From positions 6,341 to 70,340 of the forward strand of contig JBDSDR010000020.1 of assembly GCA_039920385.1 (NCBI GenBank): a stretch of 64,000 bases of DNA. The letters are read 5' to 3'. Numbering within the stretch: position 1 is the stretch's first letter; every line of letters starts with the position of its first letter. The notes below the pieces were generated by a model. The model did not search any database. It was not told where the DNA came from and was given only the letters and a program-made list of their open reading frames with translations. The stretch comes from Candidatus Saccharimonadales bacterium. Lineage in GTDB: Bacteria; Patescibacteriota; Saccharimonadia; Saccharimonadales; JAUPVS01. Positions 54,449 to 63,991 of the stretch are shown here, one piece after another. The position numbers and the translations under genes were made by a program.

Positions 54449-55501
54449 ATGACCGAGACGAAGAAAAATAAGCGCTGGAAATTAGTTCTTAACATTGCCA
54501 CCGTTATCGCGTTGGCGGTATTGTGCTATCTAATTAGGGATGAAATTGTTCAAACTGTGGAGAATGTGCAACGGGTCAATATTTACGCACTCCTGCTAAT
54601 TATTCCGTTACAAGCTCTTAATTATAATGCCTATGCGCGGATGTATGTGCGTTTGTTTGGGTTGCTCGGCAACAAAATAAGCCGTAAAGACATGCTCAAG
54701 GTGACGCTCGAGCTAAACCTTGTTAATAATGTCTTTCCAAGTGGCGGAGTATCGGGCTTTAGTTACTTTGGGGTGCGTCTAAAACGCCTAGGGGTTAGTA
54801 CCGGTAAGGCGACTCTGGTGCAAACTATGAAGTTTGTTTTGCTGTTTGTGTCGTTCGAGATCTTATTGGCCTTTGGTTTGCTGTTTTTGGCGCTTGGTGG
54901 TCAAGCTAGCAATATGACTATTTTGGTGGCCAGTTCACTGGCAACCTTCTTGTTTATGGCTACTGCCGGGGCAGCTTTCTTGATTGGTAGCGAAAAGCGC
55001 ATTAACAGCTTCTTTACATATGTCACTCAACAGATAAATCGCTTAATTCATTTGGCGCGCCGCAAACATCCCGAAACTATTAGCGTTGACCGAGTCCAAA
55101 AAACCTTTAAAGAGCTCCACGAAAACTATGTAATTTTGAAAAGTGATTATCGTAAGCTAGTCGCGCCAGCATTATTTGCTCTGTTAGCCAATGTCAGTGA
55201 AGTTTTAACCCTATATGTGGTTTATATCGCCTTTGATCAATGGGTCAACCCAGGCGCAATTATTTTAGCCTATGCTATCGCTAACTTTGCCGGCTTAATC
55301 TCGGTGTTGCCAGGCGGAATTGGTATTTACGAAGCGATTATGACAGCGGTGCTGGTAACGGCTGGTATCCCGGCATCGGTTAGTATTCCGGTAACTATAA
55401 TGTACCGAGTCTTAAATACGACTGTTCAGCTGGTGCCGGGCTACTACTTCTACCATAAAGCACTGCGCGAAGATCCGGTGATAGAAACACTCCATGAGTA
55501 G
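54449..55501 (+). CDS. Polytopic membrane protein, UPF0104/flippase-like (LPG-synthase TM-type) family
   Basis: Shows about 8 TM segments and the conserved-looking VLPGGIGIYEA near the C-terminus. TATAAT at 54435-54440 lies 8 nt upstream of the ATG. Confidence 0.6.
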   Translation: MTETKKNKRWKLVLNIATVIALAVLCYLIRDEIVQTVENVQRVNIYALLLIIPLQALNYNAYARMYVRLFGLLGNKISRKDMLKVTLELNLVNNVFPSGGVSGFSYFGVRLKRLGVSTGKATLVQTMKFVLLFVSFEILLAFGLLFLALGGQASNMTILVASSLATFLFMATAGAAFLIGSEKRINSFFTYVTQQINRLIHLARRKHPETISVDRVQKTFKELHENYVILKSDYRKLVAPALFALLANVSEVLTLYVVYIAFDQWVNPGAIILAYAIANFAGLISVLPGGIGIYEAIMTAVLVTAGIPASVSIPVTIMYRVLNTTVQLVPGYYFYHKALREDPVIETLHE

Positions 55502-56609
55502 CGATGTAGTTTTAAGTGTCTCCGACTTTGTTGGAGTGCTTAATCAAACTTTAGAAAACGCTTACCCCAATGTGGTAATTGTTGGCGAACTGGCCAACTT
55601 TAAAATTAGTAAGAACCGTTGGGTCTATTTTGATTTAAAAGATGAGTACGCCAGTGTGCGGTTTTTTGGGACGGTTTATATGTTGCCAGGTCCGCTGGAA
55701 GACGGCATGATGCTGCAGGTTCGTGGTAACCCACGATTGCACCCGTTGTATGGCTTTAGTGTTAGTGTGATGAATATCCAACCGGTGGGCGAGGGGTCGC
55801 TCAAGAAGGCTGCAGCTTTGTTGCAGGCTAAGTTGACAGCCGAAGGTTTATTTGACGAATCACGCAAACGCCCGTTGCCGTATCCTCCGCAGCGAGTTGG
55901 GCTAATTACCTCTGGAGAGTCGGCCGCCTACGCCGACTTTGTAAAGATCATGCAAGAACGTTGGGGTGGGGTAGATATCGATTTAGCTGACGTTCAGGTA
56001 CAGGGCGAAGTGGCGCCGATGCAGATTGTGCGAGCGATTGAATACTTTAATGCTCATGCCCAGCCACCCGATGTGCTGGTCGTTACTCGTGGTGGCGGCT
56101 CGGCCGAAGATCTGGCCGCCTTTAGCACCGAGCAAGTTACTCGAGCAGTGGCGGCTAGCCGCATCCCGACAATTGTGGCCATCGGACACGAAGTCGACAT
56201 TAGCCTGGCCGAACTGGCCGCCGATCAACGCGCCAGCACACCAAGTAACGCTGCTCAGATGTTGGTGCCAGATAAGCGCCATGAGCTCGAAGTGTTAAAG
56301 GATTACCAAAAAGTCATGGCTAATGCGCTCGATGGTCACTTAGACGAACTTCGAAGAATTTTGCTAGAGAGCAGGGAAGATTTAACTGCAAAAGTTGAAC
56401 GTATTTTTGAAGCTGCTCACCAAACCCTGCGGACTGAAAAACGGTTGCTAGAGCAAATTAACCCGCAAAAAGTACTGCAACGTGGTTATGCGTTGGTTTA
56501 CCAAGACGGTAATCTGGTTCGATCGGTTAAGAAACTGAAGGTTGGCAGCGAATTAAAAGTTAAACTAAGTGACGGCTCCATTGATACAACAGTAAGTAAG
56601 GTATTATAG
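55494..56609 (+). CDS. xseA: Exodeoxyribonuclease VII large subunit
   Basis: N-terminal OB fold (VSDFVGVLNQTLE...V.GE..NF) and the catalytic region TRGGGS.EDL..F. Followed by xseB. Confidence 0.9.
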   Translation: MSSDVVLSVSDFVGVLNQTLENAYPNVVIVGELANFKISKNRWVYFDLKDEYASVRFFGTVYMLPGPLEDGMMLQVRGNPRLHPLYGFSVSVMNIQPVGEGSLKKAAALLQAKLTAEGLFDESRKRPLPYPPQRVGLITSGESAAYADFVKIMQERWGGVDIDLADVQVQGEVAPMQIVRAIEYFNAHAQPPDVLVVTRGGGSAEDLAAFSTEQVTRAVAASRIPTIVAIGHEVDISLAELAADQRASTPSNAAQMLVPDKRHELEVLKDYQKVMANALDGHLDELRRILLESREDLTAKVERIFEAAHQTLRTEKRLLEQINPQKVLQRGYALVYQDGNLVRSVKKLKVGSELKVKLSDGSIDTTVSKVL

Positions 56610-56613
56610 AGAC

Positions 56614-56808
56614 ATGCCCAAAGACATTAACTACAAAGCCCTCCGGGCTGAACTCGAAACGATCATGAATAGCCTTGATGATGACACGCTTGATGTCGAC
56701 GAGGTCACCAAGCAATACCAGCGTGGCATGGAAATCGTTAAAGAGCTCGAAACTTACCTTAAAACTGCCGAGAATAAAGTGACTAAGGTTAAAGCAAGCT
56801 TTAAGTGA
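56614..56808 (+). CDS. xseB: Exodeoxyribonuclease VII small subunit
   Basis: 64-aa helical protein in the position directly after xseA. Confidence 0.85.
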   Translation: MPKDINYKALRAELETIMNSLDDDTLDVDEVTKQYQRGMEIVKELETYLKTAENKVTKVKASFK

Positions 56809-57290
56809 ACTGGCTCTTTTTGGCTTTTATTGTTTCGGTATTATTATTTGGTTTTGTGGTGGCTTTTGGGGCACCCTATTTGCCAACTCTCAAGAAACAA
56901 ACCAATGAGGCTCTCGATCTTTTAGATTTAAAACCCGGTCAAAGCTTGTTGGAGCTGGGCTGTGGTGATGGGCGTGTCGTCAAAGCCGCCGCCAGGCGCG
57001 GTTTAGTGGTAACAGGCTATGAACTCAATCCTATCTTGGTTATTATTGCTAAAATTAACACCTTGAAGTACCGAAAGACTGCCAAAATTATCTGGGGCAA
57101 TTATTGGCAAAAACAGTGGCCTCAAACCGATGCGATTTTTGTATTTTTGCTTGATAAATATATGGAAAAGTTGGATAAAAGAATTATTCAACAAAAGGCC
57201 CCAGTTAAACTGCTGAGTTTTACCTTTAAGGTGCCAGGACGTAAAATTGACGCTCAACAGGGCGGGCTGTTCTTGTATAAATACCAATAA
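56805..57290 (+). CDS. Small class I SAM-dependent methyltransferase with an N-terminal TM helix
   Basis: Contains LLELGCGDGRVV (motif I) and GYELNP. Overlaps the xseB stop (GTGA). Confidence 0.7.
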   Translation: MNWLFLAFIVSVLLFGFVVAFGAPYLPTLKKQTNEALDLLDLKPGQSLLELGCGDGRVVKAAARRGLVVTGYELNPILVIIAKINTLKYRKTAKIIWGNYWQKQWPQTDAIFVFLLDKYMEKLDKRIIQQKAPVKLLSFTFKVPGRKIDAQQGGLFLYKYQ

Positions 57291-57309
57291 TCCTTTAACA
57301 TAAGCGTAT

Positions 57310-57972
57310 ATGAAACAGCTCGACCAGCGTGGGCATATGGACATGCTCCTCATTCCTCTTATTTTAGTCGCTATTTTGTTTGTGGCGGCTGGCAGTTTTG
57401 GTATTTGGGCTTACATGAGCCGTCAAGATTACAAAGACAATAGTGACGCTAAAGTAGATGCCGCCGTGGTTGTGGCCGAGCAAAAGACCTCTACAGCCAA
57501 AGACGTGGAGTTTTTAGAGAAAGAAAAACAACCACTGGTTTCGTACAATGGCCCAGCGCCTTACGGGAGCCTAAAAGTTTCTTATCCCAAAACTTGGAGT
57601 GCCTACGTCGCCGAGAAAGCCAACGGCTCAACACCGGTTGATGCCTACTTCCACCCTAAGTTTGTGCCGGCCCAGACACCAGATGTTTCTTATGCCTTGC
57701 GGGTTCAGATTAGTGACACATCATTTGCTAGCGTCGTCAAAACTTTTGACAATGCCGTCAAGAGCGGCAAAGTAAAGGCTAGCGCTTATGTGCCGGCCAA
57801 TGCGCCTAATGTTACTGGGGTTCGTTTTGATGGTGAGATCGCCTCTAAAAAGCAGGGCAGTATGATTATCGTACCAATTCGTGATAAATCGCTCAAAATT
57901 TGGACCGAATCACAAGATTTCGTCAAAGACTTCAACGAAAACATCTTACCCAACTACACCTTCTCCCAATAG
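57310..57972 (+). CDS. Hypothetical membrane-anchored extracytoplasmic protein
   Basis: One N-terminal TM helix (LLIPLILVAILFVAAGSFGIWAY). TAACAT at 57296-57301 lies 8 nt upstream of the ATG. Confidence 0.65.
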   Translation: MKQLDQRGHMDMLLIPLILVAILFVAAGSFGIWAYMSRQDYKDNSDAKVDAAVVVAEQKTSTAKDVEFLEKEKQPLVSYNGPAPYGSLKVSYPKTWSAYVAEKANGSTPVDAYFHPKFVPAQTPDVSYALRVQISDTSFASVVKTFDNAVKSGKVKASAYVPANAPNVTGVRFDGEIASKKQGSMIIVPIRDKSLKIWTESQDFVKDFNENILPNYTFSQ

Positions 57973-58056
57973 TTTCGGTTGTGCCTAACTTTTTTGCGGC
58001 TTCGACCTCAAGTAATTGGTGCTATACTATTTGTAAATAGAAGGAGAGGGTATAAG

Positions 58057-58722
58057 TTGGGGATTTCTGCGTCCGACAGACTGATGCAAGCGATGGTGGA
58101 AGAGTTAAAGCTGCCCTTGGTGCAGATTGCTCGTCAGGCTGAGTTGTCGTCGTTACCGGAGATTGAGTTATCGGCCGCCCAGGCTCTATGGTTTGTGGAC
58201 AGTTTTTTACTCAGTCGCCAGCTGCAGCAATCCAGTTTACAGTTAGAGCCGGTGGCGGTAGCGGCGGTATTGCAGGACACAGCGCATGCTCTGGATGCTT
58301 TAGCTAAGCAATATAACTGTGGGTTGGAACTCGAAATCAGTGGTCGCTATGTGCCGGCCATGGCACACCGTCAGGGCTTACAAGCGGCCTTGGTTGGTTT
58401 GGGCAGCACCTTGATTACGGCTAATCAGACCACAGAAAAATCGAAGCTTGTTCTGGCCGTCCATCGGACGCGCGGTGGGATTGTGGCCGGAATATTTAGC
58501 CAAGCCGAAGGTTTGAGCCAATCTGTTTATAACCGAGGACGGGCCTTACATGGCCAGGCTCGGCAACCGATGCAGGAGCTGACGGCTAATTCTAGTGCTG
58601 GTGTGTTTGTGGCCGATGCTCTGTTTGAATCAATGGAGAGTCGCTTGCGGGTAGCCAGACATAATAAATTAACTGGGTTGGCAGCCACACTGCAACAAAG
58701 TCGACAGTTGGCCTTAATTTGA
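58057..58722 (+). CDS. Histidine-kinase-like protein lacking the phospho-His and the ATP-lid boxes (pseudo-HK)
   Basis: The H-box reads MVEELKLPLVQI, with E where HELRTPL has H. The DHp and HATPase_c-like layout is retained, but the N, G1 and G2 boxes are degenerate (LGSTLITAN, IFSQAEGL, SSAGVFVAD). The start is uncertain: TTG 58057 after AAGGAGAG, or ATG 58084. Confidence 0.6.
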   Translation: MGISASDRLMQAMVEELKLPLVQIARQAELSSLPEIELSAAQALWFVDSFLLSRQLQQSSLQLEPVAVAAVLQDTAHALDALAKQYNCGLELEISGRYVPAMAHRQGLQAALVGLGSTLITANQTTEKSKLVLAVHRTRGGIVAGIFSQAEGLSQSVYNRGRALHGQARQPMQELTANSSAGVFVADALFESMESRLRVARHNKLTGLAATLQQSRQLALI

Positions 58723-59108
58723 TGGCGACGGTATTGCTGATGGAACCAGATAGGCAATTAGCCAGTAGTTATACCCAGGCTTTAGAAGCCGCCGGGCATC
58801 AAGTTCATTGGCAAAAGGACGCCCAAACCGCTTTGGGCGTAATTGACGAGCATGCCCCAGACATTGTGGTGTTAGAATTTCATTTGCCCAACCACAACGG
58901 CGTGGAGTTTTTGTATGAAATTCGGTCTTACCCAGACTGTGATCATATTCCGGTTTTGGTACATACCATGGTACCAGCGGAGCATCCCGGTTTAGGCCGA
59001 GACTTTTGGCCGCAACTGGGCATTAAAGATTATTTGTATAAACCGCAAACTAGTTTGGCGCAACTGGTAAACCGGGTGGAGCGATTAACGGCCCGACCTT
59101 TAGTATGA
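58719..59108 (+). CDS. Receiver-domain-like protein with Glu in place of the phospho-acceptor Asp (pseudo-receiver)
   Basis: VLLMEPD stands in for VDD, and DIVVLEFHLP for D..LD..MP. Thr (VHTM) and Lys (YLYKP) are retained. Overlaps the upstream gene (ATGA) and recO (ATGA). Confidence 0.7.
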   Translation: MMATVLLMEPDRQLASSYTQALEAAGHQVHWQKDAQTALGVIDEHAPDIVVLEFHLPNHNGVEFLYEIRSYPDCDHIPVLVHTMVPAEHPGLGRDFWPQLGIKDYLYKPQTSLAQLVNRVERLTARPLV

Positions 59109-59794
59109 ACCAGATTGTTACTCAGGGAATCGTCCTATCACGAACCAATTTTGGCGAAGCTGACCGGATAATTACCATGCTAACCCCTGATCAAGGCAAG
59201 GTACGGCTGATTGCCAAGGGCGTTCGCAAAATTAAGAGTAAGCTAGCCGGCGGCATCGAGCTGTTCAGCATTAGTCAGATTACTTATTTGCCCGGTAAGA
59301 GTGAGATCCAGACCCTGATTTCGTCACGGCTCGTTAAACACTATGGCAGTATTGTGCATGATATTGCCCGAACCATGCTGGGCTACGAACTAATTAAGAG
59401 GATAAACCGGGCGACTGAAGACGCCACCGAGCCGGCCTATTTTGAGTTATTACATGCCACTCTACAAGCTTTAGACGGCAGTATTCCCGAAAGCCTATTA
59501 GAATTATGGTTCGATGCCCACTTACTAAGAATCGCCGGCTTTCAGCCCAACCTAGTGACCGATTTAAAAGGCGTCCGGTTGCAGGCTGACAAGCTCTATA
59601 CTTTTGATTTTGACAACATGACTTTTGCCCAAGCCGATCAAGGCTTGCTAACACCGGCTCACATTAAATTTTTACGTTTGGTGTTTGGCGTTACCAGCCC
59701 AGAAGCCTTAGGCCAGGTAACTGATGCCGCCAAAGTAATCGGACCCTGCGCACTACTGATCAGCAGTATTCGGCAGCAGTATATTCGCGTCTGA
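59105..59794 (+). CDS. recO: DNA repair protein RecO
   Basis: N-terminal OB pattern GIVLSRTNFGEADRIITMLT...GKVRLIAKG.R, with length typical of RecO. Confidence 0.85.
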   Translation: MNQIVTQGIVLSRTNFGEADRIITMLTPDQGKVRLIAKGVRKIKSKLAGGIELFSISQITYLPGKSEIQTLISSRLVKHYGSIVHDIARTMLGYELIKRINRATEDATEPAYFELLHATLQALDGSIPESLLELWFDAHLLRIAGFQPNLVTDLKGVRLQADKLYTFDFDNMTFAQADQGLLTPAHIKFLRLVFGVTSPEALGQVTDAAKVIGPCALLISSIRQQYIRV

Positions 59795-59832
59795 GTAGCC
59801 TAACAGACTGATGTTAGCTATAATACAACCTA

Positions 59833-61212
59833 ATGAGTGATAAAAAAGTTTCGATGGAAGATATTGTCAGCCTATGCAAGCGGCGCGGTTTTGTTTACCC
59901 TGGTAGCGAAATCTACGGTGGCGAAGCTGGTTTATACGATTTTGGTCCTTACGGAGTTGAGCTTCTCAACAATATTAAAAAATCATGGTGGCGGGCTAAC
60001 GTTCAGCTAAAAGAGAACTATGTTGGGCTGGACTCTGCCATGTTCAAAAATCCTAAAGTCTGGGAGGCCTCGGGCCACGTTGGTGGCTTTTCTGATCCGC
60101 TGGCCGAGTGCAAAAAATGCAATACTCGCATTCGTGTCGATAAAGAACTCGAAAAAGTTGGTGTTACCGCTGACGAAAAAATGTCCGAAGCCGAACTCAA
60201 TAAGTTGTTTGACGAAAATCGCGACAAAATTAAATGCTCTAACTGTGGTGCCCACGAATTTTCGGAGGTAAAAGCCTTCAATCTTTTGGTTAAATCCAAC
60301 CTTGGTGATTTTACTGGTGCCGGTGATCGCCCGGTTTATCTTCCAGGCGAAGCCTGCCAAGGTATCTACCTGAACTTTAAGAACATTGTCGATACGACGC
60401 GCATGAAGGTGCCATTTGGCGTCGCTCAGATTGGCAAGGCCTTTCGTAACGAAATTAGCCCGCGTAACTTCTTATTCCGCACCCGTGAGTTCGAACAGGC
60501 CGACACCCAGTTTTTTGTGCCACCACATCAAAATAAAGAGAACTACCAAAGAATTAAACAAGAACGATGGGATTGGTACGTTAATGAGCTGGGCATTGAA
60601 GAAGCTAAGTTACATTGGAAAAAGCACGACAACCTAGTTTTCTATACTAAAGAAGCATGGGATATTGAATACGATTTTCCGTCATATGGCTTTGATGAGG
60701 TCGAAGGTATCCACGACCGTACCGATTACGACCTTAGCCAGCACACTAAGTTTTCGGGTACTGACCTTAACTACACCGACCCACACGCTGGCGAAAAATA
60801 TATTCCTTGGATTTTGGAAACCTCAATGGGTATGGGACGAATCTTTTTGGCAGTTATGTCGGATGCCTACACAGTCGAAGACAAGGGCGATGATAGCCGC
60901 ACAGTTCTAAAACTAAAGCCAGAACTAGCTCCCGTCAAGGCAGCCATCTTTCCGTTACTTAAGAATAAGCCAGAACTTGTCGCAAAAGCCCGTGAGGTCT
61001 ACCAAATGCTGGCTAATGAAATGCAGTGTGAGTTTGATGACAACGGTAACATCGGTAAGCGCTACCGTCGCCAAGACGAAATCGGTACACCAAGCTGTAT
61101 CGTAATCGACTTTGACACTCTAGAAGACGACACCGTGACGGTGCGCGATCGGGATACAACCGAACAAAAGCGCATCAAGATTAGCGAACTTTCCAACCTT
61201 CTAAATAATTAG
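59833..61212 (+). CDS. glyQS: Glycyl-tRNA synthetase (alpha2 dimeric class II type)
   Basis: MEDIVSLCKRRGFVYPGSEIYGG N-terminus, class II motifs and a C-terminal anticodon-binding domain. TATAAT at 59819-59824 lies 8 nt upstream of the ATG. Confidence 0.93.
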   Translation: MSDKKVSMEDIVSLCKRRGFVYPGSEIYGGEAGLYDFGPYGVELLNNIKKSWWRANVQLKENYVGLDSAMFKNPKVWEASGHVGGFSDPLAECKKCNTRIRVDKELEKVGVTADEKMSEAELNKLFDENRDKIKCSNCGAHEFSEVKAFNLLVKSNLGDFTGAGDRPVYLPGEACQGIYLNFKNIVDTTRMKVPFGVAQIGKAFRNEISPRNFLFRTREFEQADTQFFVPPHQNKENYQRIKQERWDWYVNELGIEEAKLHWKKHDNLVFYTKEAWDIEYDFPSYGFDEVEGIHDRTDYDLSQHTKFSGTDLNYTDPHAGEKYIPWILETSMGMGRIFLAVMSDAYTVEDKGDDSRTVLKLKPELAPVKAAIFPLLKNKPELVAKAREVYQMLANEMQCEFDDNGNIGKRYRRQDEIGTPSCIVIDFDTLEDDTVTVRDRDTTEQKRIKISELSNLLNN

Positions 61213-61227
61213 ATTAGGATTTACATT

Positions 61228-61773
61228 ATGAGAGAAATTGAAATTAAAGCTCGGGTTAAAGACCTCAAAAAACTCGAGGAAACCATTACTGATAAAGGTA
61301 TTAAAATCGGCAAGGAACTTAAACAGCATGATGTTGTTTATGGTGAAGTTGGTGACCTGCCCAATGGCTACGGGCATCGCTGGTTACGGATTAGGACCGA
61401 GAATAGTACAAAAGTGTACTTTACTTACAAACAATCGATTGTTGGCCACCTCGATAGCTTAGAGCACGAAATAGTAGTTGATAGTGCCGAGGAGTTAGAG
61501 GCTATCATTAAGGCGCTTGGCTTTAAGCCGTATTCGGACTTAACTAAGGTTCGGCGGAAGTTCAAGGTTGGCGAGGTTGAGGTTTGCGTTGATTCTTTGC
61601 CCAGATTAGGTGACTATATCGAAGCCGAAAAAATGTCCAGCCAAGACGACGATCACGACGAGGTCGTAAAAGAACTTTGGGAATTGCTGAATTCATACGG
61701 CATTAATAAAACCGACGAAGAGCATGATGGTTATGATGTGCTGGATAGGCGAGCCAAAGGTCTGGTCAATTGA
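61228..61773 (+). CDS. CYTH-domain protein (class IV adenylate cyclase / triphosphatase family)
   Basis: Contains the N-terminal EIEIKA (ExExK) signature. The ~180-aa size fits the family. Confidence 0.8.
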   Translation: MREIEIKARVKDLKKLEETITDKGIKIGKELKQHDVVYGEVGDLPNGYGHRWLRIRTENSTKVYFTYKQSIVGHLDSLEHEIVVDSAEELEAIIKALGFKPYSDLTKVRRKFKVGEVEVCVDSLPRLGDYIEAEKMSSQDDDHDEVVKELWELLNSYGINKTDEEHDGYDVLDRRAKGLVN

Positions 61774-61843
61774 TTAGTATGCAAATTATTGCTGGTTCAG
61801 TTAAAGTTTAATCTGCTACAATACCTCAAAACGAGGTAGTTTA

Positions 61844-62437
61844 ATGGAACGTATCAAACAGAACTTTATTCCATGGAATCGTAAGTGGGTGACTTTTCGG
61901 CGGCATCTGCCGGTAGTTATTAAGCCAGCGGTTGCTGGTTTGCTAATGGTGCTGGTTTGGAAGTTTGTAATTTATGATCACGATTTATCTTTTGCTAAGA
62001 GCGCCGAAAACCCGCTGTTGCTGATGATTATCCCGCTAGTTGGGTTTATTTACGTAATTTTTGCGAGCTTGGCAATCAGCTCGGTGTTTGATGAGTACAA
62101 AACAATTTCGCGCTGTGTAGTTAAGTCCGACCTAGAAACCTTTTTAATCCACCGCGACGAACAATTGCCGATTATGATGCATATTTTGGTTGGAGCACCA
62201 TCGCTCATCCTAGTGCTTTTTGCGATATTCTTTCGTTACGAAGACCCCTATATTGCCGTAGCAGCAATTTTTTCGGTGGTCTTTATGATTGTGATTACCT
62301 GGGTAATTGCCACCGAGCTAGATCGCTACGAAAAAAGTATTTGGTTTAAAGAAAAAATTCCTAAAGATTGGTATGAAGTCGACGTTAGCGAGTATTTTAA
62401 GTCCAAAAACAAGCCTCAGAAGAAGTCGACAAAATGA
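61844..62437 (+). CDS. Hypothetical 4-TM membrane protein
   Basis: Four hydrophobic segments and a Lys-rich C-terminus. Overlaps the next gene (ATGA). Confidence 0.65.
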   Translation: MERIKQNFIPWNRKWVTFRRHLPVVIKPAVAGLLMVLVWKFVIYDHDLSFAKSAENPLLLMIIPLVGFIYVIFASLAISSVFDEYKTISRCVVKSDLETFLIHRDEQLPIMMHILVGAPSLILVLFAIFFRYEDPYIAVAAIFSVVFMIVITWVIATELDRYEKSIWFKEKIPKDWYEVDVSEYFKSKNKPQKKSTK

Positions 62438-63153
62438 AGTCTATCGGCATAATCGGTTTTGGTAGTTTTGGAAAGTTCTTGGCCGAGCAGTTAAGCGCGC
62501 ACGGTGAGGTAAAAGTATATAGTGCCAGCGGTAAGCAAAGTCAGTGGGCAACTAGTTTACAAAACGTGGCGGAGTGCGATTATGTGATTCCGGCCGTGCC
62601 GCTAGAAGCTTATGAGAAGACTTTAACAGAGTTAAAACCGTTTTTAATGCCAACAACGGTGATTGTTGATGTCTGCTCGGTTAAGGTTGAGCCGATGCAG
62701 ATTATTGCTAATTGTTTGCCCGGCCAGCCCGTTGTGGCGACTCATCCGCTATTTGGCCCGGAGTCGGCCAAGGATAGTTTAAAGGATCATGTTTTAGTTT
62801 TATGCCCAGACCAATCGGACGTCGACCAGCTACAAATAGTTGAAAAGTTTGCGATGAACCTCGAGCTCGATGTCGTTAAGATGACTTGCACCCAGCACGA
62901 CCAAGAAATGGCTACTGTCCATGGCTTAACATTTTTTATAGCTCATGCTCTTAAGGATATGGGTTTGCACAATCAAAAATTAGCCACCCCATCGTTTAAA
63001 AAGTTGCTAGCTTTAGCCGAGTTAGAGAAGCATCACAGTCAGGATCTATTCCTGACCATTCAAAATGGCAATCCTTACACCGAGGCCGTTCGTCAACAGT
63101 TTGTGGACGAAGCAACCAAGCTTAATCAGCAGATTAAGCCCAAGCATAACTAG
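62434..63153 (+). CDS. tyrA: Prephenate/arogenate dehydrogenase-like NAD(P)-binding protein
   Basis: Contains the GIIGFGSFGKFLA Rossmann motif, VDVCSVK and ATHPLFGPES, the pattern typical of the PDH family. Confidence 0.65.
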   Translation: MKSIGIIGFGSFGKFLAEQLSAHGEVKVYSASGKQSQWATSLQNVAECDYVIPAVPLEAYEKTLTELKPFLMPTTVIVDVCSVKVEPMQIIANCLPGQPVVATHPLFGPESAKDSLKDHVLVLCPDQSDVDQLQIVEKFAMNLELDVVKMTCTQHDQEMATVHGLTFFIAHALKDMGLHNQKLATPSFKKLLALAELEKHHSQDLFLTIQNGNPYTEAVRQQFVDEATKLNQQIKPKHN

Positions 63154-63187
63154 CATCGTATCTGTATTGCATCTATAATCCGAAACC

Positions 63188-63991
63188 ATGAATGATTCTA
63201 CTGGCCGAAAGTTTGAAGTTGCTAGTGACGGTAGCGACACAACTGAGCTTTTATGCAAAGCAATCTTAGAACCACGTGCCGATGAGTTAATAGGGGGCGA
63301 AGGGTTTAAGGAATCGGGGATAATGGTAGCTTCGACTAATATCCAACTAGGTTTTATTGATGACGCCGCTATTGAGATTGAATTTACGGCGCGTGTTAGT
63401 GGCGTGGAGCCAGACACCCACGAGCTTGGTGTAACCTACAATATTTGTGTCAGTTTTTTGCGAAGCCGCAATAGTGGTGAATTGTGGCCGGTAGATGAAG
63501 CCGAAGATGATGATGAAATCGACTATGATGAAGGCACGATTCTATTGGTAGAAAATGACGACAGTGACCCTGTCGAGGTGGCACTATCAAGCATTCATAT
63601 GGTTCAGGAAGTTTGGGATTATTATGTTGACGACGAAACCTACGAGCCACGAAAGGATTTGCGCTACGAGTACTACAACGCTAATGGCACCTTATTAGGA
63701 GTGCTTGGGATTGATTCTGGTCGTCCATCCAAAGATGGCAATATGTTGAGTGAAGACCCCGAGGAAGATATTGCATTGCAGATTAACGATGCACTATTCG
63801 AAAAATCGTTTAGTGAACTGGATATTGCTCTACTAGAGGCGGTTTGCCGACAGGACGTTATGGCTATTCGGCAAATGATTGAAGAAATTGGTGGCTGGGA
63901 AGGTCAGGACAAATTTGAAGATGATGAGGTTGATGACAGTGAACTAAAAATCGAAGTCGACGAAGTCTCATTAGGCAACGACGATGAGTGA
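63188..63991 (+). CDS. Hypothetical highly acidic 267-aa protein
   Basis: Contains D/E runs (DEAEDDDEIDYDEG, ENDDSDPVE, FEDDEVDDSELKIEVDEVSLGNDDE). TATAAT at 63174-63179 lies 8 nt upstream of the ATG. Confidence 0.7.
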   Translation: MNDSTGRKFEVASDGSDTTELLCKAILEPRADELIGGEGFKESGIMVASTNIQLGFIDDAAIEIEFTARVSGVEPDTHELGVTYNICVSFLRSRNSGELWPVDEAEDDDEIDYDEGTILLVENDDSDPVEVALSSIHMVQEVWDYYVDDETYEPRKDLRYEYYNANGTLLGVLGIDSGRPSKDGNMLSEDPEEDIALQINDALFEKSFSELDIALLEAVCRQDVMAIRQMIEEIGGWEGQDKFEDDEVDDSELKIEVDEVSLGNDDE

